This document shows positions 25,763-39,419 of a DNA stretch of 64,000 nucleotides, piece after piece. A model generated the notes under the pieces. That model was not told the DNA's origin. It did no database searches and saw only the letters and a program-made list of their open reading frames with translations. Each line of letters starts with the position of its first letter. Position 1 is the stretch's first letter. Origin of the DNA: Botryllus schlosseri. Lineage: Eukaryota. Made by a program: the position numbers and the translations under genes. The stretch spans positions 10,542,001 to 10,606,000 of the forward strand of contig CM119372.1 in assembly GCA_051294905.1 (NCBI GenBank). Reading direction: 5' to 3'.

Positions 25763-27128
25763 CAATGGTTCCCAACCTTTTTCGACTCATCACCCCCTTT
25801 TCAAACTCCACACCGATCATCGCCCCCCAAATATTGGGAACCGAAAAATGGGCATACAGACTGAAATCACCGGCGAGTTGACTAAGAAAAAAGGTCAAGT
25901 TTTCGGCTCGACCTCGAAATTACACTTTTCCAGCTAAATTTTGGTGAGTTGACTAACAAAAAAGGTGATTTCACCGACTTGATTCCAAAAGGACCGTAAC
26001 AGCACTTCATCAGACCCCGCCCCAATACGTTGGTCTTGAGTTTCCTCCATAGGGCGATAAAGCAAACTTATGCACCCCGCAGACCCAACTCCCCCGATAC
26101 CTCTTTACCGCTACTTCTCAGCACACATTCTTGGACTCTTTAATTAGTCGACTTAATTCGTGCGATGCGCGAAAAATTTCTATTATTTTCATTATCAATT
26201 TCTATCATTCATGATTGAATCGGTCAATATGATCGGGAATTGCATATATGTTGTGTCAATTTTTTATCCTCTCTCTGCTCATGTATTCAGATTTACCGGT
26301 AAAGCTGAGTGAGGTGTCTTGGAAAATGTAGGGCCCGTAAATCATAATTGAAGATATTCGGGCGGACCCGTGGGTATAATGACTTCGTTACGTAATGACA
26401 TTTCGTGGCCTGTCTGCTATGTCAAAAGATATTCAAATCGCTAAAAGCCGCACACGATTTCAAATTAGTATTTCTGCACTGGCAATTAATTTTTCTCTGC
26501 GAGATGGCATTATTTTTGTGGGGTTCTGATAGCCAGAACAGAAACATTTGGCGCCAGCCATTTATAGGTGCCCTTGGACAATTAAATATCTATTTATATC
26601 GAATATTTATAGAATTCGGTCAGCATGAAGGCAGTCCTTTTCCGCCAAGGTTTTTTCGTTCTGGCACACTTCTCGGAGTCGCATGTTACATGGCCTGAAA
26701 CTTCATATGTCTTGGTGCGTCATGGTGTGACAATGGCTGACGCCGAGATGCCAATTTTTATAACTCATGCGTATTATTTCTTGGAGGATGGGTATCCAAT
26801 AAGCAAGAAATATGTGATACGGAATGGCGCGCAGCCCAAAACGTTTTAAAAAAGTAGCCTAAATTTTTAAAATAATACTCTATAATTATTGTTAATTCAC
26901 GAACAAATTCTGGGCCCCCTTCAAGCTCGGGTCCCCCATCCCAATTGGGGGTTTGGGTGTGGCAGTTACGGTCATGGACGCCAATAAAGCCATTTCAACG
27001 CGCCATCGCCCCCCTATCGCCCCCTTCGTCCGTTTTCGCCCCCCCTATCTCCCCCTTGGCTATTTTCGCCCCCCTGCACCGACAAATCGCCCCCTGGGGA
27101 GCGATATCGCCCACGTTGGGAACCACTG
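25763..27128. mobile_element. Charlie-like hAT non-autonomous element (sister of 17763-18964)
   Basis: CAATGGTTCCCAAC...GTTGGGAACCACTG; TSD ACCTAGAC. Confidence 0.88.
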
Positions 27129-27674
27129 ACCTAGACGGAGATAACACTGGTTTACAAATTTCGAAAAAAGATTAGCGTTAAAAATTTCAATGATTGATTT
27201 AGGCTAATTTATGGTTGCTGAATTCGATTCTGTGCTAATAATTTCTCCATCACGTCAGATTTTTTCCGTATCAATTTTTCTCATATTCATAAATTAATGA
27301 GATTTCAGCTTTCATTAGTGTCGTCACGGTTAGCATACAATAGCAACAATTCAAATATTGTTATTGAAATCACCCATCATGAAACCTGGGTTGTTGTAAT
27401 ACCGAATGAGTGAGTTTTCGGTGAACTGAACTTGAATACAGTGATTCTCTATCATCGTTCAATCAGAAGCTCTTTTCGACCCATAAAGTTACACTGGTAA
27501 ACAAATTCAAAAACCCACACCAAATACCATATTGGAACAGAGGCAGAGATGTTTTTAAATGGTATCGAGGTTTTTTGTTTGTGTTTTGCAATATTAAGCG
27601 CCAGTTCTATATACAAAAAGCTTTACATTTTTGGCGGTTTCTGATTTGCCGTAGTATTTTAATATGAACTTGAG

Positions 27675-28516
27675 CAGTGGTTCTCAACCTTTTTGTAGTC
27701 GTGGACCCCTTTTGTACCGTCACGGACCCCCCTCCCGAAGTTTAAATTCAGATTTAGCTCAATTATCGTACAATCGTCATCTGTCTTGTGCAAATGATGA
27801 CTGTAGGATAGTGATAAACAGCAACAAAATTAATTTTCTTGAAAATAACAGCATTATATGTATGCAGAAACTGGGTTGACTCTTATTATTTCAAAGCTAA
27901 TTATTTAACTGCATTTTTTGAAATACGTGGTCGTGTCCTTCGATTTCATATCAACGAGTGCTGAAAATCCATTTAGACAAAGAAAGGGGGTGGCGAATGT
28001 AATAATAGGGCATAAAGTTTCCGACGACACATTTGGGTATGATCGCAACAATGATGACAACAAAATTGACAAACAATTTTATTTTTATTGCACATATAAC
28101 GTCAAGCCTGCTGTTAATTTATATCTAGCAGCTCACCTTAGAGTTAGTAGGGAAAATGGGTATGTAGGCCTATATCACAGGAGAAAACGGATTTTTGCGA
28201 ATATTTCGAAGTCTTGGTGATTGACTTTACTAATACAACCATTTATTTTTACACAATGCCCAACAAAACACGTCTATACAGCCACATATTTGTATCAGTG
28301 GGCTATTGGCAATTTAGCAACTGAAATGAGTCCACACAGCAGGATATTCCATCTCAGACGGCCATCCGGTTGATGTGAGTTCTACTGTAATGAAGCAAAA
28401 CTGCAGTCTCGTGATTTTACTAATTTGTAAAATATAAATTAGGTTTTCAACTATTTTGTAAATTTAGAGGCTTCGCGGACCCCCGAAAAATGCGGACCCC
28501 CGGTAGAGAACCACTG
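27675..28516. mobile_element. Charlie-like hAT MITE
   Basis: CAGTGGTTCTC...GAGAACCACTG; TSD AACTTGAG/AACTAGAG. Confidence 0.78.
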
Positions 28517-29017
28517 AACTAGAGTTTGTAGAAGTGATTGGTGTTGCTACTCAAGTAGCACAAGTAACGACCTATATTTTCTACTCAATTAACAGTTTAA
28601 GTAGTAATTTCTAAGACACGTGAAAACTACTTCAAGTGGCAGAAATATCAAGTAGGCCTATATTTGGTCGGGGTGAGGGTGGTCGCATACTTTCGACAGT
28701 CGGAGGTGGCTGCATACGAAATTGCAACATGTATCTTCTCGGCTAACGCAAAATGTTTATAATGACACAATACCCCCATGCATTGGTAGAATATTCGAAT
28801 ATATATTCAGTTACCGTGCTTTAGGGGCTGTTAAGGCTACTATATTTAGGAAATCATATGCAGTGAACATCGTCGCGGAGCGGAGCTTTGTTTGGAATAG
28901 GCCTACATTCGTGTTAAAATTAATAACTGATATCTCCATGACATTGCCAGTTGATTTACTGTAGTCACACAAAGCACTAAAACGGAACCCAATACATTTA
29001 ATTTCCCGTATTGCCAA

Positions 29018-30076
29018 TAGCGTTGGGACCCCGGGAAATCCCGATCCCGGGATTACTCCCAATGAAATCCCGAGATTTGTAAAGAGCATTTTCCAAGGCT
29101 TACTTAGCGCCATATCTCTTATTTTGGTAATAAAGCAATGTCACAAACTCTGCTGATAGTTTAAAACAATTCACAATTATTTGATATTAAAGCCAGCTAT
29201 GGCATATAACAATGTACTACACAATCACTTCCGTCGTAGTCTACGAATCGTAGCAGTGTAACTGAGTATCGGAAAGTCACAAGGACGGTGCTGTGGAGGT
29301 GAAATACAGGTCGAATAATGGCGAATTTCGAAGATGTCAACACAAAGAGAAAATCACATGTTTAGCGAAACTGTTTGTTTTATAAATCTACATAAAAAGC
29401 CAAATGCAACATGTGTCAAGACGTTTTGAAAGCTTCAGTGTCTAGCTAGCACAAAGGGACTATAATAACGCATTTAAGGTCCGTACAAATGATAGTAATT
29501 AAATCATGCATGATTCAATCAGACACGTCAAAGCAACATCAGCTAAAAATGAAGATGAGGAAGATCGATTCCTATAAAATAAGTCGCATAAGCCTCGCCT
29601 CAATGAACTTCTTAACCAGTTAACTGCTGTTGACAGGATTAACATTTATTCAATTACCCAAAGTGAGCGAATTCGTCGGGCCTTCAAGGCTTATGGCTAT
29701 GACTTGTCAAGATGTCACAAACGGGTTCGTGACTTGGTGATCGAACACAGTAAATAAATCCGTAAGTGTGTGGAAGAAGGGCTTATGGCAATGAAACGCA
29801 GCATTAGACGTTTTTCGATCACGTTTGACGAATCATTTTTTACACGAAACAGGCGGTACATGAATTTAAACGCTCATTATCCGGGTGGCCTTTGGTGGCT
29901 GGGTTTCATTCGTATTCACGGGAGCATGTTTTTTCGTCAATACTACAAGGAATAAATGTTGTGTGTGTAGCTTGTATGTGTATTTTACTACTTTGCTAAT
30001 CCCGGGATTGAGAAGCGCAAATCCCGGGAAATCCCGATCCCGGAATTTCAAATTTGATCCCGAAGTCCCAACCCTA
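29018..30076 (+). mobile_element. Internally deleted hAT transposon with transposase remnant
   Basis: TAGCGTTGGGAC...GTCCCAACCCTA with ATCCCG repeats; TSD ATTGCCAA/ATTGTCAA. ORF 29770..29955 reads RFSITFDE...NRRYMNLNAH...LGFIRIHGS (first catalytic D region of hAT). Confidence 0.85.
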
Positions 30077-30249
30077 ATTGTCAATCACAGATGGGAATTC
30101 GGATTGCGTACATCTGATTTAAAGCACATGGTATGAGCCCGACCCCGATGGCTGTTTAACAACCTTGATTTGACCCCGAATATACAACATACAAATAATA
30201 CATATATATACACATGTCGAATCATATACATGTCCTGGAAGAGTCATAT

Positions 30250-31079
30250 TCAGTCCCTAGAAACTAAATGATCACCGAAGTGCGGCCTGTTCTACAGCCT
30301 TGGGCGCTTCATGTCAGCATGGGTTCTTCTGATACTCTTTAAATCCTTAATCCAATCGAAGTTACATTATGGCATCCTCTGTTGGGGGGCTGCCAGTAAA
30401 ACTGCACTCAAGCCATTGCAGAAACTACAGCATAAAGTGCTCCGAATCATAGCTAGGGCCCCAAAGGGGCCTGGCTGCCCATCCAATAAGTCGCTGCTGA
30501 AGAGATTCAGCGTCCTAAACATAGAAGATATGCGGAAACTAGAAATCGCCAAGTTTATGTATCAGTTTCACTGCGGTCGTTGCCCCGAATATTTCAATGA
30601 CTTCTTTACCTCTGAATCAAAAGCGCACAAGTACAACACACGCGCGTCCACGTCGTCCAAATATCATATGATCGACCGAAAAGATCATCGCTCCATCAAA
30701 TATGCCGGACCTGATGTGTGGAACAGTATCCCGCCGGCCATCCGACAGTCGACGAGCATGTCCACATTCAAGTCGAAATACAAGCAATTACTACTAAATA
30801 AATACAGTCCATCCTCAAGATTACCGGACCACGACTAACCTATCGATCTCGCTTCCCATGACATGCCGCCCTATTTCTTGTCGCATTCTTCTTCTATACT
30901 ATCTTCTTTACTTTCATTCAGTGTGCATGCCTCCTCTTTACATCGCCTAGGCCAAGGTGGGTGTCAGTTTCCATAGACTACTCCTTGTCGCTTCGACATC
31001 TTCCTGTCTTTTCATTGTATCGCATTTTTGTGGTGTATTGAACTGATAAAATTGCTAATAAACCAATGATGATGATGAT
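30250..31079 (+). mobile_element. 3' fragment of CR1/L2-clade LINE
   Basis: ORF 30311..30838 (HYGILCWG, LQHKVLRII, EIAKFMY, HKYNTR, YAGPDVWNSIP), then AATAAA and an (ATG)n tail. Confidence 0.88.
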
Positions 31080-31833
31080 ATATGCGATTGAAGCGCAAAA
31101 TATTTCCAATAGGAAAATCTCAACCAGAAAACAGCGACCGGACTTTGACCTCTTACCAGGACCGTAACTGCCGCACCTCAAAGCGTCCAATTGGGGGTCC
31201 CGAGATCGAAGGGGGCCCGAAATTATGTCGGTGAATGAACATAAATTATTTATACATCACTTATTGACAATTTATAAAACTCTTTTAAATTTTTTTCGCT
31301 CTGGACGCGATTTCATGTTGCCAAATTTTTGATTATTGAGTACTCTACCTCCACGAAAAAAGCATGATTTATAGAAAATAAAAATAGGCATTTCGACGTC
31401 GACCATTACCACGCCGCGATGCACGTAAACATACGAAGTATTCGCCAATATAGTAATCCGAAAATTGTGCCAATAGATCGCCTGCGAGAAAACCTTATCC
31501 AAAAAGGATTGCCCTTATGTTGACCGTGAACTTCTAAATATATATAACTGTCCATAGCTGCCTAAATGGCTCGTGTCTAATAATTCTATCGTGGCAATCT
31601 GAACCCCACAGGTCAAATAACATTATCTCAGAGAAATATTATTTGCAAGTAAAGAAATACCAATTTTCGATGAAGCCACCACAAACATTTCTTGGATCTC
31701 GCATGATTTCCCAATAAATTACGGCATGGTGTGTAGATGTACGTAATATGGCCATTTTCTTAATTTTTCTGAAAAGTTGCGATCAGCGTTTCACAATTCA
31801 GTTTCCAAGAATAACCAATTATAGTGTCCAAAG

Positions 31834-32240
31834 TAGGGTTGCATTTAAAAGAAACGCTGTTTAAAAACAATTTGTTTAAAATATATTTTACACAAATGCC
31901 TTATTAAAAAAATATAAAATTATGCAGTAATTGTGTAAATACTTTCCAAAAACCTGTTGTATGAGCACACGGACAATTACCAACCAATTTAGCTCACGTA
32001 TATCGATATGGGATGGTTGGAAGTTGGAACCCTCAAAATAGTCGGTTCTGCAGTTGTAGTACAGATATTTCGTCAAAGAGGCTATATTTACCCAATATTT
32101 TCAATGGTCAATTTCAATCCATGACGTCATAATTGAATATTCGTGACGTCATGTTTTAAAATAAAAAAACGTGTTTTAAATTAGGGCCTTGTTTTAAACA
32201 TGTTTGTTTTTAATTCATTTTAGCCTTAAATGCAACCATG
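31834..32240. mobile_element. TAGGGTTG-type hAT MITE
   Basis: TAGGGTTGCATTT...AAATGCAACCATG; TSD GTCCAAAG/GTCTAAAG. Confidence 0.78.
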
Positions 32241-32404
32241 GTCTAAAGCAGGGGTGGGCAAACTACGGCCCGCGGGCCGCATGCGGCCCGCAACACCGTT
32301 CTGTGCGGCCCGCGAGAGTCTAAAGAAACTTTTTAAAAATGTTGATAAAATGCGTACAAAAAATCGAATTAATGCAGGGACTTGATTAAATTTTTCTTAG
32401 TATA

Positions 32405-33364
32405 GGGGAGATGTGGTACCGATGGATCACTGGGACCGAAAATACTTGAAAAATTCTCCATGATAATTCCATGATTACACTCCGTGATTTTGTCTACAAG
32501 TACATGTTGACAGAATCTTTCCTCACATGCAAAAAAAATCGACCTGGATGAGTTATGGGGTCTGTGACGAATGATTTACGTTTTAGGGGGTGTTAAGTAA
32601 ATTTGGATCGACATTTGCATTTTTCTATATCACCATTCAGACTAACAAACCCGCCATAATTTTTTATGTGAGGTATAGGACTTGTATCAGGGTATATACG
32701 GGCACATACTTTTTGAATCAATACCATCCTCAAGTGGACTATTTTCAAGTTAATTACAATATTTATGGGGTGGGGACCTATGGTACCATCGCCAAATCAA
32801 GCAAAATAGATGGACCAACTAATCACTTAACAACAGAAACTCGCCTACATATATATAGGCTTTAAATCATAGTTACCTGCGGTGTTTTATCGCTATTACG
32901 AGGTATTTGAAAGTCAAATATCGATTTGCGGATAATATGTATGTGGCATTAATTTTGTAAATTTAGACGTAAATCAAAACATAATTTTATGCCAACATTT
33001 GAGTTGATATAATGTATTTTATTCTTGAAGGTCGCGACGAAACATTCTTCATTGGCATGCTGTAGCTTAGCTTATAGTACACAACAAAACAAGTTAACAA
33101 ATTTGAGTTTTTGAGCGTATGTCTCATAGGTCCCAGGGTCGTGTGCCTTTGGACCCACCGGGTGGGGACCGATGACACGTTCGAGCAACAAATTTTAAAC
33201 GTTTATAAATATTTTTTGAAAAGGCGGATATTCATGTAAATGTCCGCGATAGGTAGAGCTTGTATCGAAGTGTTGAGCCAGCAAAAGATCTGCTATTCTC
33301 GGCTGAAGATTTAAGGGCCACAGATCATTTTGTAATTTTTGATCCATCAGTACCACATCTCCCC
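32405..33364. mobile_element. Tc1/mariner-pogo-like MITE
   Basis: TIR GGGGAGATGTGGTACCGATGGATC...GATCCATCAGTACCACATCTCCCC, flanked by TA on both sides. Confidence 0.75.
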
Positions 33365-33388
33365 TATTTCACCATGATAATTTTAAGA

Positions 33389-33702
33389 CAGTGGTTCTTA
33401 AACTGGTGGGCACGCCCCCCGTGGGAACGTGAAAGCATCTGAATGGGGGCGCGAAGCTGAGCCCGACTGAAAAAAATTTTCGCGCTTCGCGTGATTTATT
33501 CCAATTCATAGTTATTGCTCTGTATTTAGTATGAATTACATATCTTTAAATCTCTCACCTACAGTCGTCACCTTCCATGCCATCAAACTACCCGTTAGGT
33601 TTGCTAGCATCCTGGCTGCGTTTTGTGATATGACGATAAGGGGCGCGAAATCATTCACCATCATAAGGAGGGGGCGTGTCTTAAAAAGTTTGAGAACCAC
33701 TG
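33389..33702. mobile_element. Charlie-like MITE (family of 25436-25735, opposite orientation)
   Basis: CAGTGGTTCTT...GAGAACCACTG and shared internal sequence. Confidence 0.75.
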
Positions 33703-36504
33703 ATCTAAGGTACATACTCAATATCACAGCTGCAACGAGATTGACATAATTTGGATCACCAGTGGGATTTCAGATTGGCCACTCCATTTTTAATTATTTC
33801 AGTGATGTGTTATAAAAAACGATTCGGGCGTGTCTTGGGTAGATTCGTTGTCTGTATGCGTAGAATGGGGGTATTTATATTTTATTTACATTCTACACAT
33901 AGTAGAAGCGTGTTTGAAGCTAACATGGTTATGATGCTGTCAGCATTGTGTGTCCTGAAACGGAACCAAAAGTGGAATTAGTAAATCTATGAACAGATCG
34001 CTGCTCACAGATTCAAATTTCAATCCTGTTTTAAGAATCGGGCCGACCGACTTTCATCTCTATAGTTTTGACAAATTGGTTATTGATGTCCGCCAGCTTA
34101 TGAAATCTCGCCACTATATGTTTCTGACGCGTGTGCGTCAAAGCAATGTTTGGCTTGTTTTAAATAAGCAAATATATTATCTCCATGTCCTCACTATATA
34201 ATCAAATATCAATATTGCGTTTTGCTTTATAATCCCAATTTTATATAGTGCGGCCCGCAAATGAATTCAGATGTTGAATGCGGCCCCCGAGCTCAAAAGT
34301 TTGCCCACCCCTGGTCTAAAGGGTGTGTGGTACTATCACTATCGCAAAAATAAGCTCCCACGTGACACAGGGAATCTCCAGTCCGATATCTTTTTCTACA
34401 CTTAACACAAACAAATTGCTGTTTCTTTTTGACTAAGCACTATTTAAAAAAAACAAGCAAGGTAAATGAGACGGACCATAGTAAGTAAACAATAACATAA
34501 TGAAGTTATACGAACAACGACAGCTCTACCTGCGCCCCCCACACCCCCTGTCTTGCTCACTCTTACTCCCTGAATCAGATATATAATTCTATTTTTGTTT
34601 TCATTTACTCCTTTTGCATCTATATCCAGCTTTTCTGTTGATAATTCATTAGTTTCAAGCCTTTTGTTCATATTTTTATTTTTCCCTAATTTCAATTTTT
34701 ACTCCTTGGAACGTTTTTGGTCATAACTTTTTCCCCCAAGGTAAAAAAGTGACAAAACCTATCATTGAAAAGCTGGTAAAATTATCTTTCCAACGGTATA
34801 TAATACGTCTTTATAAGAATTTTTTCTATAGGTTGACCCATTTTTTGACCAAATTCTACAGGACTATTCGGCCAAAACTTCATGTCTTCATATGTCTCCC
34901 TGCGCGGAAGGAGTTGACATCGAAATACATATGTGTCTCACATAGTCCCGCTCGCTGCACTCTCCTACACTAAAGAATCCCAAAGGTCTCTGGCGGTGTT
35001 TCCAGGGAAACCTATATGTCGGACAGATTTTATCACGAATTCGAATCAATTTCTATTATACAAAGGTTTTCATGACCAAGCCATATTGTGGTAACGACTT
35101 TACTACGTCTAGTCTCAATGGGGCTATAATACTACGGGGTATTGGTTGAAAAAACTACTATTGGGGTTGGTTGAAAAGGCCAACTTACCGGCTCAACTCC
35201 AAAAATACAGTTTTTCATTCACACTTTACGTTTGTTGGCTAAAAAAAGGTCATCACTTTCGTTCGAACGACGAATTTCCTATTTAGCGTCATTTATGCCC
35301 ATTTTCCCTCGAATCGATCCACTATCTTAGCTCTAAAAGGTGTAAAGGAGGACGAATTGTCAAAAAGGAGGACATTACAAAAACCTGAAAAAGGAGAACA
35401 AATCCTCCTAAAGGAGGACGTATGGTAATCCTATATAATACCCAGCACAGTGACCTCACCTCGGATATTCAGGAATAATACACAGGAAATCGAGCGAAGA
35501 GTTATTTTTGTTGCAAGAATTCCCACAATATTGCATACACGTTCAATGATCGACCTGGTGCTGTCGCTGCCCTCACTTTAGGAGCCTCTGCCTTACAGAG
35601 AGATAATTTTGCATTACAGTAACTTGCTGCAAATTTGAGCAGTCTTCAATTTAACCTTTCCCGACCTTTTTTACTTCGCGACCCACTTTTCATCCAAATT
35701 TTATTGCGCGACTAGCGTTTAAACCATTGCTCGTAGGCGCTAGTTTCTTTGTTGTCAGTGCGTTACAATTATCTGGTCACGCTTAGAGCGTGATTATTTT
35801 CTCGAATTCATGATGGCACCCGATCAGTGATATTACCAATCGTGTGATACAAATATTACTACGATTTTTTGCGACAGCAATATTTGGAGACCGCTATTTA
35901 GGCGCCTATAGTCAATGGACTCTTCGTCATATATATACCGAAGGTTTCGAGCCTTATCGGCAACGATTTTCTTACTGTCGATCTTACTGGCAGCACATTT
36001 CGCGGAGACGCATGTTGGCCGAAACTTCATATGTCTTGGTATGTCGTGGCGGGGTAATGGCCGACACCGAAAGTCCTATTTCTATAAATTATGCGTATTA
36101 TTTTTTTGGGAGATGGGTACCCCTATTAAAACCAATAAGACATCTAACGATGTAAAATCGCTCACGGCGCAAACAAAATTTGAAAAATGTTCAATAAATT
36201 CTCCAAACAAATAGGCTATTAGTTATGTTGATTCATGAGATAATTTTGGCTCCTCTTAGAGCTCGATGCACCAATTGGGGGGATGGTATGCGGCAGTTAA
36301 GGTCCTGCATGTAATAGATGATGAAGGCTTCTATAGGCTCCTAGCCATCAGATCTGCTTCAGCGGTGTTTTAAAAGTCTGAAAGGGGATCGTGCTCTGAG
36401 TCGTCAGAGGCAGAATCCTAATAAGAATATCGGCCTGGTGTAAATGACCAACTGCATGACAATTGTATTAGACAATACACCATGGATACCACAAACAACA
36501 ACAG

Positions 36505-37165
36505 TAGGGCTGGGCACAATGATTCGAGAACTTGGATCTAAATCGAGTATTAATTTCAATGATTCGAGTCGAGTAGTAAAAGACGATTTTTCTCGAGTAG
36601 CCTACGGTAATTATAAGCTCCTGGCAACTAAAAGTTAATTTACCCACGAAAATTATAGTTTTGATACTATTTTCCGCTGAGGAAGCCTTGAAATCTGGAT
36701 TGGCCATGTCGATCGCAGCATGCGAGATATAGTACAAATCTACGAACGTTACTGGAAATAACACATTTCCGAAGTCATGATCATCCCACAGCATTGTCAA
36801 GAAGAGCAATGAAATCGGTATGGTCGAAAAAATACCAAAGTATCTTTAATGTGATGAATAACAGGCTTTGTGGAGGCATAAAAATTACGTAGGCTATTTG
36901 AACTTTGACATAGTAGGCTATATTATGTTGTGACGTAATAATGAGTGATACTGGAATACTCGACTCGAAGCGTAATGCATGATTCAGAATCGAATCACTC
37001 AGGTACTCGATTTTGCCCAGCCCTAATGGCAAATTTCAATTACGCTCCTCCTTTCCAAATCACCGAGATAGCCGAGAAGATTCACCAATTCAAAGTACAA
37101 TGGATGGGACAATGGGGTATTTAACGCAAATATTCAACGCTGTTTCTTGATTTTGCCCAGCCCTA
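36505..37165. mobile_element. hAT MITE (TAGGGCTGGGCA TIRs) with duplicated right terminus
   Basis: TSD AACAACAG at 36497-36504 and 37166-37173. TTTTGCCCAGCCCTA occurs at both 37011-37025 and 37151-37165. Confidence 0.8.
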
Positions 37166-37950
37166 AACAACAGACGAGGAAGCGTGCATCCAACCAGCAA
37201 TTTGTAAATTACGTTGAACATGATGGGGTTAAGTAGCTTGCGTTGCTGCAATTGTTTGCTGATTATAACGACAAATCGGGCTGGATTGCTGCATTTTCCG
37301 ATCAACGTTCAAAAAGCCTTTGGAGGAAATTATGAATTTCAAACTCACGCATACACAATAACCCACTGTCGGATTTCACGTTCCAATCAATACAGCTGTG
37401 ACGAAAATCTAGCTCTCGAATTACTGTGAGCACGCCAATGTGGCATATGGCGCTTATGGGCGCAAAGCAATTAAATTTTGAGGAGGAGAATGCGCATTTA
37501 CTCTTCTAATCTTAAGAATCAAAAATGTTTGGATATTTGAAAAATTGAATACGAAAGTGTAAAATTTAGAAGTCACTTTTATTTTTCATTTTTCTTGTGT
37601 GTCGCAGGCTCAGGCGTGCTGACTGAAAAAGCACTGCTTCAGACGACAATTCAGCTTACATTATTTGACTTTTCAAACACTTTCGATATATCGACGAAGC
37701 GTATATTTTCCACATAATACAGTAAGAATTGGAACTATGAGATATATAGGCCGTCTCGAGAAATTGCAGCAGTGACGTGCCAGAAATTTCACAACGGGTC
37801 AGGAAACGATGACGCGCTATGAAGAGTAACGTCTGCACTACATAGAACGCAAGTGTCTAAGCCTGTAAGCGGTGTCAAAGCACAGAAGTGGACCGTGCTA
37901 TAAGTCGGCAGCTACGGAATAAAAATAAAGATAATTGGCATGGTGTAAAG

Positions 37951-38786
37951 CAGTGGTTCTTAACCTGGGGGTAATTACCCCCAAAGGGGTAATTTGCCAA
38001 TTTTCGGGGGGTAATTCGAAGTGACATTTCTTATAAACTTATAACGCTGCACTTATAACGTAAATATTAATGTAGGCTTACTTACATTTTTGTGAGCTTG
38101 TAGGCTATATATTTTGTTTCACTTAACATGCCATGCCTGCTCTGATATCATAGTAACCATAACCAATAGTGATTATGAATAACAGAGTCGATTGTAGTTT
38201 AGTATAATGCTAGGTAAGTCCAATTTATTTTGCAGTAGTGAGGATCATATATTGTTACATATGCTGGCAAATTGAAAGACAACAAGGGCCGTCTAAGTTC
38301 AGCTTTACGCCTATAATGCAGTAACAATATCGTAAAAATATAGTTGTTAGTGTTGAAAAGTGTAGTGGTCTATTCCAGTCAGAAAAATTATGTCTGAAAT
38401 CATCAAAATGCCTTCCAAGAAAATTGGGGAAGATGTTGGAACCTTTTGGGTTCACCTTCAAAAGGCATAACCATTTTTCGTCATAATAGCGTTGAACTTT
38501 CTGATTGAATTTCCTTCAATGGTATCCATCAAAACGAAATAAGTTTGTGATTGACAATTGCATGAGATGCTATCTATTATCCTCCCCTTTTCCTTGATGT
38601 GACCACTGGATAACACAAAAACAGCATCAGCCTTCCTATTGATTTGATATTCTTAACAGGCATTTCAGTGTACATTATGACGTCACTTTGAGTGCAAGCT
38701 GTAATTTGTTATTTTTTGAAAGGGGTAATTGTATCCTGTCATTTTCTTCTTGGGGGTAACGGTATGAAATTGGTTAAGAACCACTG
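37951..38786. mobile_element. Charlie-like hAT non-autonomous element
   Basis: CAGTGGTTCTTAACC...GGTTAAGAACCACTG; perfect TSD GTGTAAAG. Confidence 0.88.
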
Positions 38787-39093
38787 GTGTAAAGTGTAAA
38801 CAGAGGTGGTCAAAGTAGTCAAGAAAGCTACTAAAGTAGAAGTAGTTGCGCAAAATCTACTCGAGTACGAGTAGAAGTAGTAATTTTATATGCAACCTCA
38901 AACGACTTCAAGTAGAAGTAGCATCGACTGACTCAAAATCTACTTCAGTAAGTAAGTAGTTTTGAAAACATTCGTAATTCTTTCACATGGACTGTCAAAA
39001 GCAGCAAATTGAGCTATGCGGAAGATGCAGAGAGATTGATTCGCATCGATGCATCGCAAATTAACTCTTTGGCCTGGAGAATGTCCTCTAAAG

Positions 39094-39411
39094 CAGTGGA
39101 TCTCAACCTTTTTTTAGACACGTCCCCCTTTTTGATAGTGAAAAATTTCACGCCCCCCTTATCGTCATATCACAAAATACAACTGGGGTGCTAGCAACCC
39201 CAACAGATTGTTTGGTGGTATGGACGGTTATGAATGTTGATGAGAGAATAAAAATATATGAAATTGGGTCTATATAGAGAGAAACACGCGTGCACTGTAG
39301 GCAAATCGCGCGGAGCGCGAAAAATTTCTTTCAGGTGACCGCTTCTTCGCGCTCCCTTCAGATGTTTCACGCCCCACAAGGGGGGCGCGCCCCCCAGGTT
39401 GAGAACCCCTT
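39094..39411. mobile_element. Charlie-like MITE
   Basis: CAGTGGATCTCAACC...GGTTGAGAACCCCT; TSD CTCTAAAG. Confidence 0.82.
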
Positions 39412-39419
39412 CTCTAAAG

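Larger units (their letters stand above)
32249..34313. mobile_element. Charlie-like element (CAGGGGTGGGCAA TIRs) hosting two nested insertions
   Basis: CAGGGGTGGGCAAAC...GTTTGCCCACCCCTG; perfect TSD GTCTAAAG. Confidence 0.88.
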
